DNA of 64,000 nucleotides, from positions 43,772,001-43,836,000 of the forward strand of contig NC_043013.1 in assembly GCF_006345805.1 (NCBI RefSeq), read 5' to 3'. A program made the translations under genes and the position numbers. A model generated the notes under the pieces. That model was not told the origin of the DNA. It did no database searches and saw nothing but the letters and a program-made list of their open reading frames with translations. This document shows, piece after piece, positions 36,920 through 49,481 of the stretch. Numbering within the stretch: position 1 is the stretch's first letter; each line of letters opens with the position of its first letter. The stretch comes from Octopus sinensis. Lineage: Eukaryota.

Positions 36920-37605
36920 ACAATTTCCGACCTGTGGGCTTATGTCGAACAACTGCTGTCACGTGTGGGACGAGTCGGTTTATCAGCCGAGTCTATCGTC
37001 AATATTGTCACGCCTCCTTCCTTCAAGCGGGAAGGAAGAGCTTTTTTCATCATCCTTGTGGTTATGGCGAAAGAATGTATCTGGTGGACGCGTCTGAAAG
37101 GATTGGAGACAAACACTTTCCTCTCTGGTCAATCTCTCATCAACTTCTTCAAGTACCACTTGAAAAGGAAAGTGAGAGTAATGAGGCAAGTTTTATCTAG
37201 TGAATGTTTTAAAAAAAGATGGGTGAATGTAGCAAGGATGGCACGTATGAATGACGAAGCTACCTTGAGCATAATCCTATGAACCCGGAAAATTAAAACA
37301 GAGGGTTACCTACTCGCAAACAAATGTGGTAACATGTAACAATATTGACCGAGGTTACCGTGGTCTTTTCCGTAGGCCTTTCTTCCCACGGATAAACCTT
37401 ATCTGCTTCCCCCTTTACATCATGACACTGTGATACACGATCCCTATTGATCGTTTTTTTCTTTTGTTTCTTTTCCTTTTTTTCTTCTTCTTTCCCTTTT
37501 ACGATCCCTTTTGATCGAAAATCTACCCCACCTTTTTTTCCCAAAAAAGAAAAGCTCTACTTTGTAATCTGTCCCTTCTGTGTGCAGCCCTATGTGGCTA
37601 ATAAA
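36920..37605 (+). mobile_element. 5'-truncated Tx1/L1-clade LINE (ORF2 C-terminus and 3' UTR)
   Basis: EQLLSRVGRVGLSAESIVNIVTPP...FFKYHLKRKVRV...KKRWVNVA is homologous to 47066-47413; AATAAA then (CA)n. Confidence 0.8.
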
Positions 37606-37608
37606 GAA

Positions 37609-37661
<53 letters not shown>

Positions 37662-37670
<9 letters not shown>

Positions 37671-38203
37671 TTCGCTCACACATACAAACTAACACACATC
37701 TCGTATGTCTACAAAATGAAACTTGAAATTTTGAAAAAAGTGTGTATGTATGTATGTATGCGTGCCCGCCATTTTATTTCTTTTTTAACTTAAATTTCGA
37801 TACAGTCGTAATCTATACAACCTGAAGGGTATTTTCTGAAAATTTCGTAAAAAATACTTATTTTTCCTGAAGGTCACGAGGAAACAAAGTCAATTCGAAA
37901 CAAAGTCGGTGGGGAACACGCGTAGGTAAGGCCAAACTTATTACCGCACAGCAAAAATAAATAAATAGTAACGACATATTGTATATTTTCGAATCTTGTA
38001 TTCAAGTAAGATGGAACATTTTATTAATCGATTTCTCAGCTTTTCTACTAACTTGACTGGCCCGGCATTTCAATCAACTTGTTCGATATCATTCAGACTT
38101 GACAGAAAACAGCTGAGCTGCTGTGAAAGTCAGCTTGAAAAATAGTCACGTGTGGCCTAGATATTTACCCGCCAAAAGGAATCGTCTGTGTTCTTCTGAG
38201 CTT
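37662..38203 (+). repeat. ~540-bp segment duplicated at 40704-41223
   Basis: Near-identical direct copy; the second copy differs mostly by single-base deletions. Confidence 0.95.
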
Positions 38204-39349
38204 ATTGAGGTCAATAATGTTTTCTCACTTTGAAGTTTAGTTGCTCGCAAAGACGTCAACGGTAATATCTAGGACAGGGGTCCCATACCTTTTTTTTCGC
38301 TGTGGACTACCAAAATAAGTAATTTTTTCCCCGTAGACCACCTCAAATTTTTAATTTATTATATAAGAACTGCTACTCAAATATTAGTATAATTTTCACT
38401 TTGGAATGAAAGTTCTTTTTTCGTTCTTGTAAGGGTCCTCACAGAGAACAAATGACGGAACACAAACAACAAAACCAATTTGCAAATGCACATGATTCTC
38501 AAGAAAGTTTTATTTGATAGAATCGAATGGAAAAGGTTACTGAGTCGTGGAAAACACCCGCTTTTATTCAAAAAACAAAAAGTACCCTTGGTCTAAGACG
38601 AACAAGTTTTGATGAAAAAAAAACAAAATATGCTACTCGCCTAAATATTCGTCTTACGAAAAGTAAATACTACAGGTAATACATATGTTATCCAAACATG
38701 TGTTTCTTCATTTCCCTATTCGCATGTTTTGTTTTGTTTTTATAGTGAAAATAATTTTTATATTAAGACTCTTAACTCATTTTACCGACCGAGAACAGAT
38801 ATAATGAAATTTTGACTGCTATTTCTAGCATTGATATTTTTCGATATTATGCTTTTCTTTACCAACCAACCATCTCTTACGTTAAACCGTGTTTTTAAAT
38901 GTCACGGTCAGCTTTTCTCGCTTTCATGCATTCATTTTCTGTCAGCAATCTTCTGGTGACTAACTTTGAATAAATTTAGCCAAGTCATTATTCCTTCTTG
39001 CAGAATTAAGCTATTAAATTATCGCAAAATTGATTCGCTGCCCCACCCCCTGTATTGTTATATATTGCCTGACGTAGATGTTTAATTGTGACCAGATATG
39101 CGGGTTTTTATAATTTCTTGTCTCGTTACCCAGAGACCTTCAGTTGCTAAATCCTCAGCAATCCTGAATTTTTTAACGCTCTGCCAAACTTCATATAATA
39201 CAGTTAGCATTTAATTTAATAGTATTTTTTGGGGTCTCATTTTTTTTTTTTTCAAATCTTATTAGAAATATTAATGGAGTGAAAAGAGGTTAGCACTAGC
39301 TCAGTAAATAGTCAAATAGTTTAATCATTTGAGAAAGGACAGGAGACAA

Positions 39350-39390
39350 CTCCAAACATGTTTCGGTATTAATAGACTTCCTCAACGAAG
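39350..39390 (-). ncRNA. Degenerate hammerhead-like motif
   Basis: CTTCG-TTGAGGA-agtctattaatacc-GAAA-CATGT-T-TGGAG; palindromic ACATGT; helix II is weak. Confidence 0.3.
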
Positions 39391-39629
39391 CATGACTTAA
39401 GCGTGCTTGCCGAAGTAGTGATGAAAGAATTACTAAATAAGACTACAACACTGAAACCTGAGCAGACTTTGCAAATTAGAATGATCTCTCAGAAACCTTA
39501 TCCTTATGGAAATTAACAGTCAAATAAAGGTAAATAATTTTTTAAATGTAGACCAATTAGAATCTTCAGTTAGATTTTTGCTTTGCATTTCAAGCGGAGG
39601 GTATCCCACAACAATTAATCTCAATTCTT

Positions 39630-39834
39630 TTTTCTTTTATTCTTTTACTTGTTTCAGTCATTTGACTGCGGCCATGCTGGAGCACCGCCTTTAATCGAGC
39701 AACTCGACCCCGGGACTTATTCTTTTGTAAGCCCAGTACTTATTCTATCGGTCTCTTTTGCCGAACCGCTAAGTAACGGGGACATAAACACACCAGCATC
39801 GGTTGTCAAGGAATGCTAGGAGCACAAACACACA

Positions 39835-39888
<54 letters not shown>

Positions 39889-39935
39889 CATACATATATA
39901 CGACGGGCTTCTTTCAGTTTCCGTCTACCAAATAT
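39630..39935 (-). mobile_element. SINE family A (3' two-thirds)
   Basis: Reverse-complement match. Confidence 0.88.
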
Positions 39936-40334
39936 ATTTCGTGAAAAACATCTGGCCATAGGGAAATATTAATTTCAAATTTTGGCACAAGGCTAGCAAT
40001 TTTGAGGGAAGAAATAAGTCGATTACGTCCATCCAAGCGCATAACTGCTACTTATTTTATCGACTTCGAAAAGATGAAAGGCAAAGTCGATCTCGGCGGA
40101 ATTTGAACTCAGAACGTAAAAACGGACGAAATACCGCTAAACATTTTGCCCAGCTTTCTAACTTCTGCCAACCTTCCGCTTTGCCATGGGGAAATATTAC
40201 ATTACTTAAAAACAGGTGAGGGTTGGCGATAGGAAGGGCATTTGGTATGGAGAATCATGTAAGTGAGCAAAATCATTGATAATGATGTCAAAGATTTATG
40301 ATGCTTAATTTCGAAACTGCATCTTATCTACACC

Positions 40335-40685
40335 TTAGGTGTGGCTATGTGGTAAGAAGCTTGCTTCACAACCACATGGTTTAAGGTTCAGTACCACCTT
40401 GGGCAAGTGTCTTCTACTATAGCCTCGGGCCGACCAGATCCTTCTGAGTGGATCTGGTAGACGGAAACTGAAAGAAGCCCGTCGCATATGTGTGTCTTTG
40501 TGTCTATGATAACCAGTGTTGGTGTGTTTATGTCTCCGTAAATTAGCTGTTCGGCAAGAGACCGATAGAATAATGCTAGGCTTTAAAAAAAAAGTCCTGG
40601 GGTCGATATGTTCGGCTAAATACCCTTCCAGGCGTGCCCCAGCATGGCCGCAGTGAAATGACTGAAACAAGTAAAAGATAAAAGA
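40335..40685 (+). mobile_element. SINE family A
   Basis: Consensus match with small deletions. Confidence 0.88.
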
Positions 40686-40703
40686 TATTCGATCTATTTT
40701 AGG

Positions 40704-41223
40704 TATATAGTGTTCGCTCACACATACAAACTAACACACATCTCGTATGTCTACAAATGACTTTAAATTTGAAAAAGTGTGTAGTATGTTATGTATGCGT
40801 GCCCGTTTTATTTCTTTTTAACTTAAATTTCGATACAGTCGTAATCTATACAACCTGAAGGGTATTTTCTGAAAATTTCGTAAAAAATACTTATTTTTCT
40901 GAAGGTCACGAGGAACAAAGTCAATTCGAAACAAATCGGTGGGGAACACGCGTAGGTAAGGCCAAACTATACCGCACAGCAAAAATAAATAAATAGTACG
41001 ACATATGTATATTTTCGAATCTTGATTCAAGTAAGATGGAACATTTTATTAATCGATTCTCAGCTTTTTACTAACTTGACTGGCCGGCATTTCAATCAAC
41101 TTGTTCGATATCATTCAGACTTGACAGAAAACAGCTGAGCTGCTGTGAAAGTCAGCTTGAAAATAGTCACGTGTGGCCTAGATTATTACCCGCCAAAAGG
41201 AATGTCTGTGGTCTTCTGAGCTT
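40704..41223 (+). repeat. Second, deletion-riddled copy of 37662-38203
   Basis: About 22 nt shorter, mostly through 1-nt deletions. Confidence 0.9.
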
Positions 41224-41751
41224 CATTATATAAATACGTTTTTTCTCGAACAAAAAAGTATCATTTACATATACTTTACCAAGGCGTAAAAATGGCTGTG
41301 TGGTAAATAGCTTGGTAACCTTACAAGAGTCAACATGTGTCTTTCCTCGTGGTAAGAATTTTTGCCGTTGCTATTGCTTCATTGTTACTGTTTTGTTGAT
41401 ATTACTTTTTGGATGTGTTACCTTTGAAACAAGGAGTTACATTTGAATGTTTTTGAACTGTTTTATTCCCCGGTAAGACCGGGGAATAAGTTAATAATTT
41501 AACACTTTCGTAAAAATACTGAACTTTGGCCATTGTGGCTTTTTTCTTCGTGTGTGAACAACATTTTTGTATTGTAATAGTCTTTAGACTATTTTTGTGC
41601 CCCTCCCCCCAACGGGGGTGGGATTTGAACTGTATTACATAATTAAAAAAAAATTTTACTATCCTCTTTGAGAGGAAAAATTTTTATAGGTTTCCCAGTT
41701 TGTGCGAAACCAATTTAATTAATTTTATTACTTGTGTTATCAATTTCAACC

Positions 41752-43050
41752 ATGTCGGTTCAAATTATACACGAAAAGTGTGCTCTTATAAAGAGCAATG
41801 ATGATGTCGGCTGTCATGTCAACAATGGAAAAAAGTTTTCGGAGGTTGCCGCAGTGGCAACCGAAAACATTGATATGCCTGTGGGTATGCTACAGGGATA
41901 TTTTAAACGTATGAAAAAAGGAGGTGATGTGATAATATCACCTTCTTCAACTGTGGTGGAAACTGAAAAGCGGACCGTAGTGTTCAAAACATTCTGCCCA
42001 AAAGACAGAAGGTTTAAACACTTCGAAGAAGCAAAAAATAGAGAAATGCCTGTCCCCGATATGGAAGGACATAACGTACATTGCAAGGGGACGGACATAT
42101 GGCTCAGTCGAGGTTCGCTTCTCAGACGAAGAGGTGGCCCGCGGGCACTCCGTGTGTCCCCTGAAGTCAAATGAGGTGGTACTTCTACCCATGTATATGG
42201 GGAAAAGAATATCTAGAGTAAGAATAAATGAAGTACCGCCTGAAGTAGACCCAAGAGAAGTGATGGCGGACCAAATAAAAATCTTACCAATAACATGCTC
42301 CACCCACCAGAATTGGCTCGGGCGAAGCATTACGGTCCTGATTCAGGGGACACAGGAGGACCTTCAGGTCCTACAAGAGTGAGTGCTCGGTGGGGAGAAT
42401 GTGGCCCTTAGGGTACAGGTGGAAGGCCGTAAGCCCACCTGTTACCAATGCGGAAAAAAGAGCCACATTCGAGCGGACTGTGAAGAAAAAAAAAGTTGTC
42501 GCAAATACCAGGTCCCTCAAATAACCAAAAAAAAAACCCATCCCCACAATCAAAAAAATTCTCACTCCCCCTGTTGTGGTGACAGTCCCGAAACAAACGA
42601 CAGAAAAGACCCAGCCCCTGCACGCACAAACCCCTACAAATATAAAAACACTCATCCCCTTGGAAGCTGTGGCACCGACTGCTCCAAAAAGTGTGACCTC
42701 CACAGACGTTGACCCCTCAGACGATACCATGGAGGTATCAGTGGGTGGATTTACAATACCTCGAAAACGAAAACCTTCCCCATCCAGATCCCCTACAAAA
42801 AAACCAAAACAATACACAAAAGACAATAAAAAAGAAATCCCGCACAACTGCCCCGGAAGAAAAAGAGGAAAACCGTTTGCTTGTCGAATACGACACTACT
42901 GAACAATACACCAACGAAGCTATTGTGACACATCAGAGGACAAAACTTTATATTCAACATAAAGAATTAATGCAGAGATGTGCAGCAATAGGGGAAAACC
43001 CTATACTGCGACTTAAGGGAAAGGAACCCGCACACCATTTGGAAAATTAA
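41752..43050 (+). pseudogene. Tx1 ORF1 (gag-like), broken
   Basis: ATG at 41752; RISRVRINEVPPEV; zinc knuckle CYQCGKKSHIRADC. Confidence 0.8.
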
Positions 43051-43149
43051 TGAATTACTAGATTATGCGAAGGAAGGGGCTGATCCCCATGCGGTGAAGT
43101 CGGCCCCAGCTTCTCCAAGGAAAAAGTAAGTAGAACTTTTTACTTTTTG

Positions 43150-46100
43150 TGAACAGACTCATTTAACTTTGGTTGTTTAAATGTGCGTGGTCTGAGTTCG
43201 AAATGGAAGCAGGCGTGTTTCCTCGACGATCTTCGATCACATGATATACATGTAATGGTTGCTACAGAGACCAAGCTGGACAGTCTACAAACCTTCTCGC
43301 CTCTCCTGAATGGCTACGAGAAAATCATGTCTCCTGGCCAGACCGGAGGGCGAGGGGGTGTAGTGGTACTGATCCGTAAAGGCTTGGCTCTGCAGACAAG
43401 TACAGTCTACGTGGACCCTGAAGGTGGGCTGGTCGTCCTTGATGTGATATACAGCAGTAAGGCTTTCAGGTTGATCGGACTCTATACACCTTGTGCTAGA
43501 GTTTTCCAAACTGATTTTTATCGGCGCCTAGAGGGCCTTCTCGTAATGTCGAAGACATTAGTGAAATGCTAATCGATTTATATGATAGCTAGTTTATTTA
43601 TTTTTACATTTTAGTGTTAGTTAAAAATTAGTTATGGATTAGTAGTTTTTTTAGTTTAAGTATTGGGGGATAAGCTTCATATATATAAATACTATCGTTG
43701 ACGTACATATATATAAATGCTATCGTTGACGTACACATCGATACTGTTGGCTCGATCCATAGGAAAGTGAACTTCCGTCTCGTGGATCTGCTTAAGCGGT
43801 TTCAGCTGGCAGATCGTTACAGACTTGACCATCCGAACGTCCCAGAGTGGACCTGGATGAGTGGCGACGGAATGTTCAAGTCTTATCTAGATAGGATAGT
43901 GATAAGAACTAGAGATAAGTCTAGTTTTAGTTGTCCACAGCTTGTCCATGTGCCCTATACTGACCATAGAATGCTCAAGTGTAGACTGGACATAGGTAGC
44001 ACACTTAAGATAGGACCCGGCTACTAAAAACTGAACAAGTCTATTTTGACTTGTGAGGCATACTGTACTCGGATTAAGGAGTTAGTGCAGAAGGCGTTAA
44101 CCGGAGCCGTGGTTAATAACCAGTGGTGGTTCGCCCTCAAAAGAGCCATTCGATTAGAGTCCATTAGGTTTAGTAAGCAACTAAGACTAGACAGGGCTGG
44201 AATAGAAGGGCAATTAGTTAAGAACTTAGAGGAGGCGTTGAGGTTGGTCTCTGCATCTCACATTTTGGCGGCGAGAACGGCATTAGACCGTCACCTCAAA
44301 ACCAAACATCAGGGGTGTAGAGTTCAGGCTAAAGTGCGAGCATTGGGCCGTGAGGGAATTAATGTTGCCGGATGCTAGGCTTTAAAAAAAAAGTCCTGGG
44401 GTCGATATGTTCGGCTAATCTGTGTTGGAGGCGTACGATAGAAACACAGCGTGGAAACGATGCCACAATTAGGTCTCTTGTTGACGAAAACGAATGCACG
44501 GTCAAGGAGCGGGACGAGATGTGTGAGGCACTTTACAAGCACTTCGCCGAGTTGTGCGGGACGCCGGATCATGGTGAGGCCCTTAGGGACTTCCTGTCTG
44601 GTGGCCCGCGTCTCTCGGTACGAGAGGCTGAGTGCTGTGAGGGGCCAATCACAGCCGAGGAAGTAATCAAGGTGTTGGGCGAGTGCCCCGGGGAGAAGTC
44701 GCCGGGTCTCGATGGTCTGCCCTATGAGTTTTATAAAAGTATGCCAGACTTGTTCGGGTACCTGCTGGCTAGCGTCTTCGCCAATTGGCAGCAGAATGAG
44801 AGAATTCCCAAGTCTGCGAGCCGGGGGGTGGTGACGTTGATCAGCAAGGGGGACGAGATAGGGAACTTCAGGCCCATAACTCTGCTGAACACAGAGTTAA
44901 AGATTTTGGCCAAGGTGCTAGCGAAAAGGTTGGTGCGGGTCGTGGACAAACTTGTCGGGGAAGCGCAAACGTGGGATCTTTTCCTTTTGAACGGCAGTTT
45001 TCAACACAAATTCTAGTTAACTAAACACTTTTAAACTTCGTATACTGGTAGAATGTGTCAAAATAAAACATTTTTTTTACTCTTGGCTTTCTTGAGAAAA
45101 TTGTAAGTTTAACGTAGTTTAAATTTTCGAATTTTAACCAAATGATGGCCTATATTGAGCTAAAATCATTTGCTGCGTCTAAAACTGAGACAACATTCTG
45201 TCACTGACACTAACCCTAAATTTTAGCCTTTCGTTTTTTTTTCCTTAATTGTTAAATTTAATTGTTACGCGTGTGTCTAAAATTATTCGTTTTGTTTTTG
45301 TTTGAGATACACGTGTATTGTTTAAACTATTTTCTATTGCTTAAAAAAAAAAAACGAAAGCAATGGAAAATAATTTAAACAATTAACAAAATAATTCTAT
45401 ACACACGATTTCCGTACGTAAACATAACAGAGACAGGATGTTGTCTCAGTTTTAGACGCAGCAAATGATTTTAGCTCAATAGAGGCCATCGATTGGTTAA
45501 AATTCGAAAAATTAAACTACGTTAAACTTACAAATTACAATTTTCTCAAGAAAGCCAAGAGAAATAAATGTTTTATTTTGACACATTCTACCAGTATACG
45601 AAGTTTAAAAGTGTTTAGTTAACTAAAAATTGTGTTGAAAACTGCCGTTCAAAAGTAAAAGATCCCAAACATGCGCTATCCCGGGCAGGACGATCCACGA
45701 CAATCTCTATCTTATACGCTACTCCTTAGAGAGGGTGGGGAAGCTTTCTGGCGCAGGTGGGGGGGAACTAGTACATTTAGACCAGTGTAAGGTATTTGAT
45801 AGGGTCGACCATCGGTACTTGGCGGCGGTCCTCGGGGAGGCTGGCCTGGGCCCGACCTTTCGCGGTTGGATAGCTGCTTTGTATAGCGACATCGAGTCTG
45901 TCGTCAAGGTGAACGGTTTCTTTTTAAAGCCGTTTAGGATCGAGCGTTCAGTTCGTCAGGGGTGTCCCCTGTCCCCGCTTCTGTATGTATTGGCTCTTGA
46001 GCTTTTGCTGCGGAAGTTGGAGGCACTAGGGGCCGCACCGCATGATCTATGGTGTGGAAGACATCTCGTACGCGGATGACATCTCCATCGTGGCAGATGA

Positions 46101-47412
46101 AGGCTAACTTCCAGTGGTGGAAGAGGCCATCAAAAGCTACGAGGCGGTGGCAGGAGCAAAGATTAACAAGGACAAGTCGGTCGGTTTGCAACTCGGCACC
46201 TGGAGGGGCAAGCCGATGCCGTCCAATAACGTCGTGGGGCGTTGGACGGATAGTCCTGTTAAGCTGCTCGGAGTCTGGATTGGTCCAGACCTCCAGATAG
46301 AGAAAAATTGGAGTGAGGTGGCGGCAAGGTGACCGCTCTAACGCAGACCTGGTCTGGACGGGCGTTATCCCTGCTAGGGAGGGCGGAGGTGGTGCAGATG
46401 TTCATAGCATCAGTAATCACCTACCGTCTGACCGTGGTGACTTGCCCCGATTTGTGGATGAACAAGTTGGAGAGAATCCTTTTCCGCTTTTTGTGGACAG
46501 GAGGAAAGCCACTTGTAAAGCGCTCTGTCTGCTGCCAGAAACCGCTAAAGGGTGGGCTAGGGATGCCTTGGCTGAAGATGCGAAAATTCGCGTTAAGGTT
46601 GAGGCACCCCTGGCTTTATCTGGATGGAGAGCAGGTGTGGTCACTGCACGTTCGGTTCTACCTTCTCCAGTTAACGTCCTTAACGGACACCGGTGCATGG
46701 ATCAAGCGGAGACCTAAACTGGGGGAATGGCACTTGGAGTGTCGTCAGGCACTCCAGCTACTCTCTCGGGCGGGCAATGCCGGCAACAGGAGTTCCACTG
46801 CGGATTTCTATAGCGGGTTAGTGGAATTTATGTCAGAAGACGTCTTGGGGGAGACCCTGGGCTACAATGAAAATCAGTTGGTCAACCTGTTCCGGAGAAC
46901 GTTCGGGCCGAAGTATCTGGATAATTACCAAAAATCCCTGGCCTGGCAGTGTTTCCGTGCGGCGTTACCTGTTAGCGACAAGCTGTCAAGGCACGGAAGT
47001 GCCGTCTTGCCGACATGTCTGCGGTGTGAGCGGGATAGGGAACCCGTCTTGCACGCATTCGTGGAGTGCCCGGAGTTATCGGGACTGATTGTTTTTGCCG
47101 AACAACTGTTGTTAGTAGAAAAGTACAGCTATCAGCGGAGTCTATCATCGAGATTGTGCCACCTCCTTTCCTCAGCAGGGAAAGGAAGGCTTGTCTTTCC
47201 TGCGTAGCAGCCATACTGAAAGAAACAGTATGGAAGACGCATACGAAAGGTATAATGACAGGTACCTTTGTATCTGGCCAGGGGTTGGTTAACCTTTTTA
47301 GTTACCACCTCGGTAGTAAGGTCAGGCTGGAGAAGAGGTGTCTGTCACGAGATATGTTTATGAAGAGATGGAAGCCTGTGGCTTGCATGCTGGGTATGTT
47401 TGGCACCAGGTA
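43150..47412 (+). pseudogene. Tx1 ORF2 (APE endonuclease and reverse transcriptase), broken
   Basis: GCLNVRGL..ATETKL; SYLDRI; TDHR; KSPGLDGLPYEFY; NFRPITLLNTELKILAK; RQGCPLSPLLY; YADD at 46069-46080; CLRCERDREPVLHAFVEC. Confidence 0.93.
44974..45665. mobile_element. GGATC-terminal MITE with ~230-bp TIRs, inserted in the Tx1 RT
   Basis: 8-bp TSD CAAACGTG/CAAACATG at 44966-44973 and 45666-45673; removing it restores GEAQTCAIPGRTIHDNL. Confidence 0.93.
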
Positions 47413-47597
47413 AGTGTGGCCGAATCAAGAAGTAAAGGTTCTACCCAGAGGGCTGGGTCCCTTGCCCTACTATGTAACATGAAATTTGTAAACTTTTATT
47501 GAAATTTGTACCTATTATACTGTAAATACTAAAACGTTTTAAGCTACTTCGCCCTATATGTTTGTCTGTGCTTGTATGTCCCCTCTATGTAACGCCT

Positions 47598-47848
47598 GAG
47601 ACGGAAACTGAAAGAAGCCCGTCATATATATGTATATATATATATATGTATGTGTGTTTATGTGTCTGTGTTTGTTCCCCCAACATTGCTTCACAATCGA
47701 TGCTGGTGTGTTTACGTCCCCCGTCACTTAGCGGTTCGGCAAAAGAGACCGATAGAATAAGTACTGGGCTTACAAAAGAATAAGTCCCGGGGTCGATTTG
47801 CTCGCATGGCTGCAGTCAAATGACTGAAACAAGTAAAAGAGTAAAGAT
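47598..47848 (+). mobile_element. SINE family A, 3' part
   Basis: Consensus match. Confidence 0.88.
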
Positions 47849-48217
47849 GTTTTGTTAGTAACCTGTAAATCCTTTTGGTAACTTCGTCTGCATTTTTTCC
47901 ATTTTTTCTTTTACTTTCACATTAATAGTCCAAAAATGATAAATGTTGGGATTGAAAATGGACTGTGAAAAAAATGTAACTTAGTCCTCTAGGTCATACC
48001 GAAATTCTTCTGAGTTTATTTTCAGGGGCGAAAAAAAAAAATAGTAACCCTCGACGCCAGAAACTGTGATAAATATTTATTTCCAAGTTCATTGCAATGC
48101 GTCTATTGGGCAGGCCTATATTGTTGACAGCGCGAATCAACCAGGAAGCTTCTATGCATCCAGTCGAACTGTTAGAAATAGCAGCCAACATTTCTTAAGC
48201 AGTAGTGTAGCTACACT

Positions 48218-48426
48218 GTGGGCCGTCCGGGGCAGCCCTTGAGCTTGCCCCTCTTCCGGCAATATAGCCTATGCAGGCTTTTACAGTTGACCTAAAAGTA
48301 CTGCCCACATGGTTCCGGATTCAGTTCCACTGCGTGACACCTGGGGCAAGTGTCTTCTACTATAGCCACGGGCCGACCAAAGCCTTATGAGTGGATTTGG
48401 TAGACAGAAACTGAAAAAAGCCCGTC

Positions 48427-48482
<56 letters not shown>

Positions 48483-48695
48483 TGTGTATGTTTGTGCGTC
48501 TGTGTCTGTCCCCCCGGCATCGCTTGACAACCGATGCAGGTGTGTTTACATCCCCGTAACTTGGCGGCTCGGCAAAAGAGTCCGATAGAATAAGTACTAG
48601 GCTTACAAAGAATAAGTCCTGGGGTTGATTTGCTTGACTAAAAGGTGGTGCTCCAGCATGGCCACAGTCAAATGACTGAAACGAGTAAAAGACTA
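48218..48695 (+). mobile_element. SINE family A variant whose tRNA A-box head is replaced by a 91-nt GC-rich module
   Basis: Module 48218-48308 joins the SINE at CCACATGGTTCC. Confidence 0.88.
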
Positions 48696-49280
48696 TCTAT
48701 AGAATTGTTTTAATTTACTGTCGGGTGATTCTTGGTCATGTGTGTGTGTGTGTGTGTGTGTGTCATGTGTGCCCTCGCCTCGCTTGACAAGCGGTGTTGG
48801 TGTGTTTACGTTCCCGTAAGTTAGCGATTCGGCAAAGGAGATCGAAAGAGTAAATACCAGGCTTTAAAAAAAAAATGAGTACTGAGGTCGATTCGTTCGA
48901 CAAAAATTCTCCAAGGCGGTGCCCCAGCAAGGCCGCAGTCTAATGACTGAAACAAATAAAGGATAAAAGATTATAAATTTTGCCATTACATTATTGTGTG
49001 CTATTTGGTTATCTGGTGTCCACCTTGAGTTTTGCAGTCACTACAAGATAAATACCTTTCAGTGAGTGCAGATTAGGAATATATCAGAATTTAATATGAA
49101 AAAGAAAGAAAAACCAAAACTTTGGGCGCGCTCGTACACATAAATACTGATACGCAATATATACATCTATAAAGTGAAACTAGAACTTTCGGAGAAAAAT
49201 TGCGATGTTACAATTATTTAATAATGAAAACGAAATTTGTATGTGTACGAGTCTACCAATTTTTTTTTCCTATTAAATAA

Positions 49281-49438
49281 TCGTAATGGCTGTGTGGTAA
49301 GTAGCTTGCTTACCTACCACATGGTTCCGGGTTCGTTCCCACTGCGTGGCACCTTGGGCAAGTGTCTTCTACTATAGCCTCGGGCCGACCAAAGCCTTGT
49401 GAGTGGATTTGGTAGACGGAAACTGAAAGAAACCCGTC

Positions 49439-49481
<43 letters not shown>

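Larger units (their letters stand above)
41655..47590 (+). mobile_element. Near full-length, inactivated Tx1/L1-clade LINE
   Basis: ORF1 with a CCHC knuckle; ORF2 with APE, RT and a C-terminal CCHC; three insertions plus stops and frameshifts. Confidence 0.95.

Noticed and set aside
41752-47412. Active Tx1 element
   Set aside because: In-frame stops, frameshifts and three insertions, including a MITE in the RT.
48218-48308. HDV-like ribozyme fold for the GC-rich module
   Set aside because: I could not place P3/L3/P1.1 in the right order on either strand.
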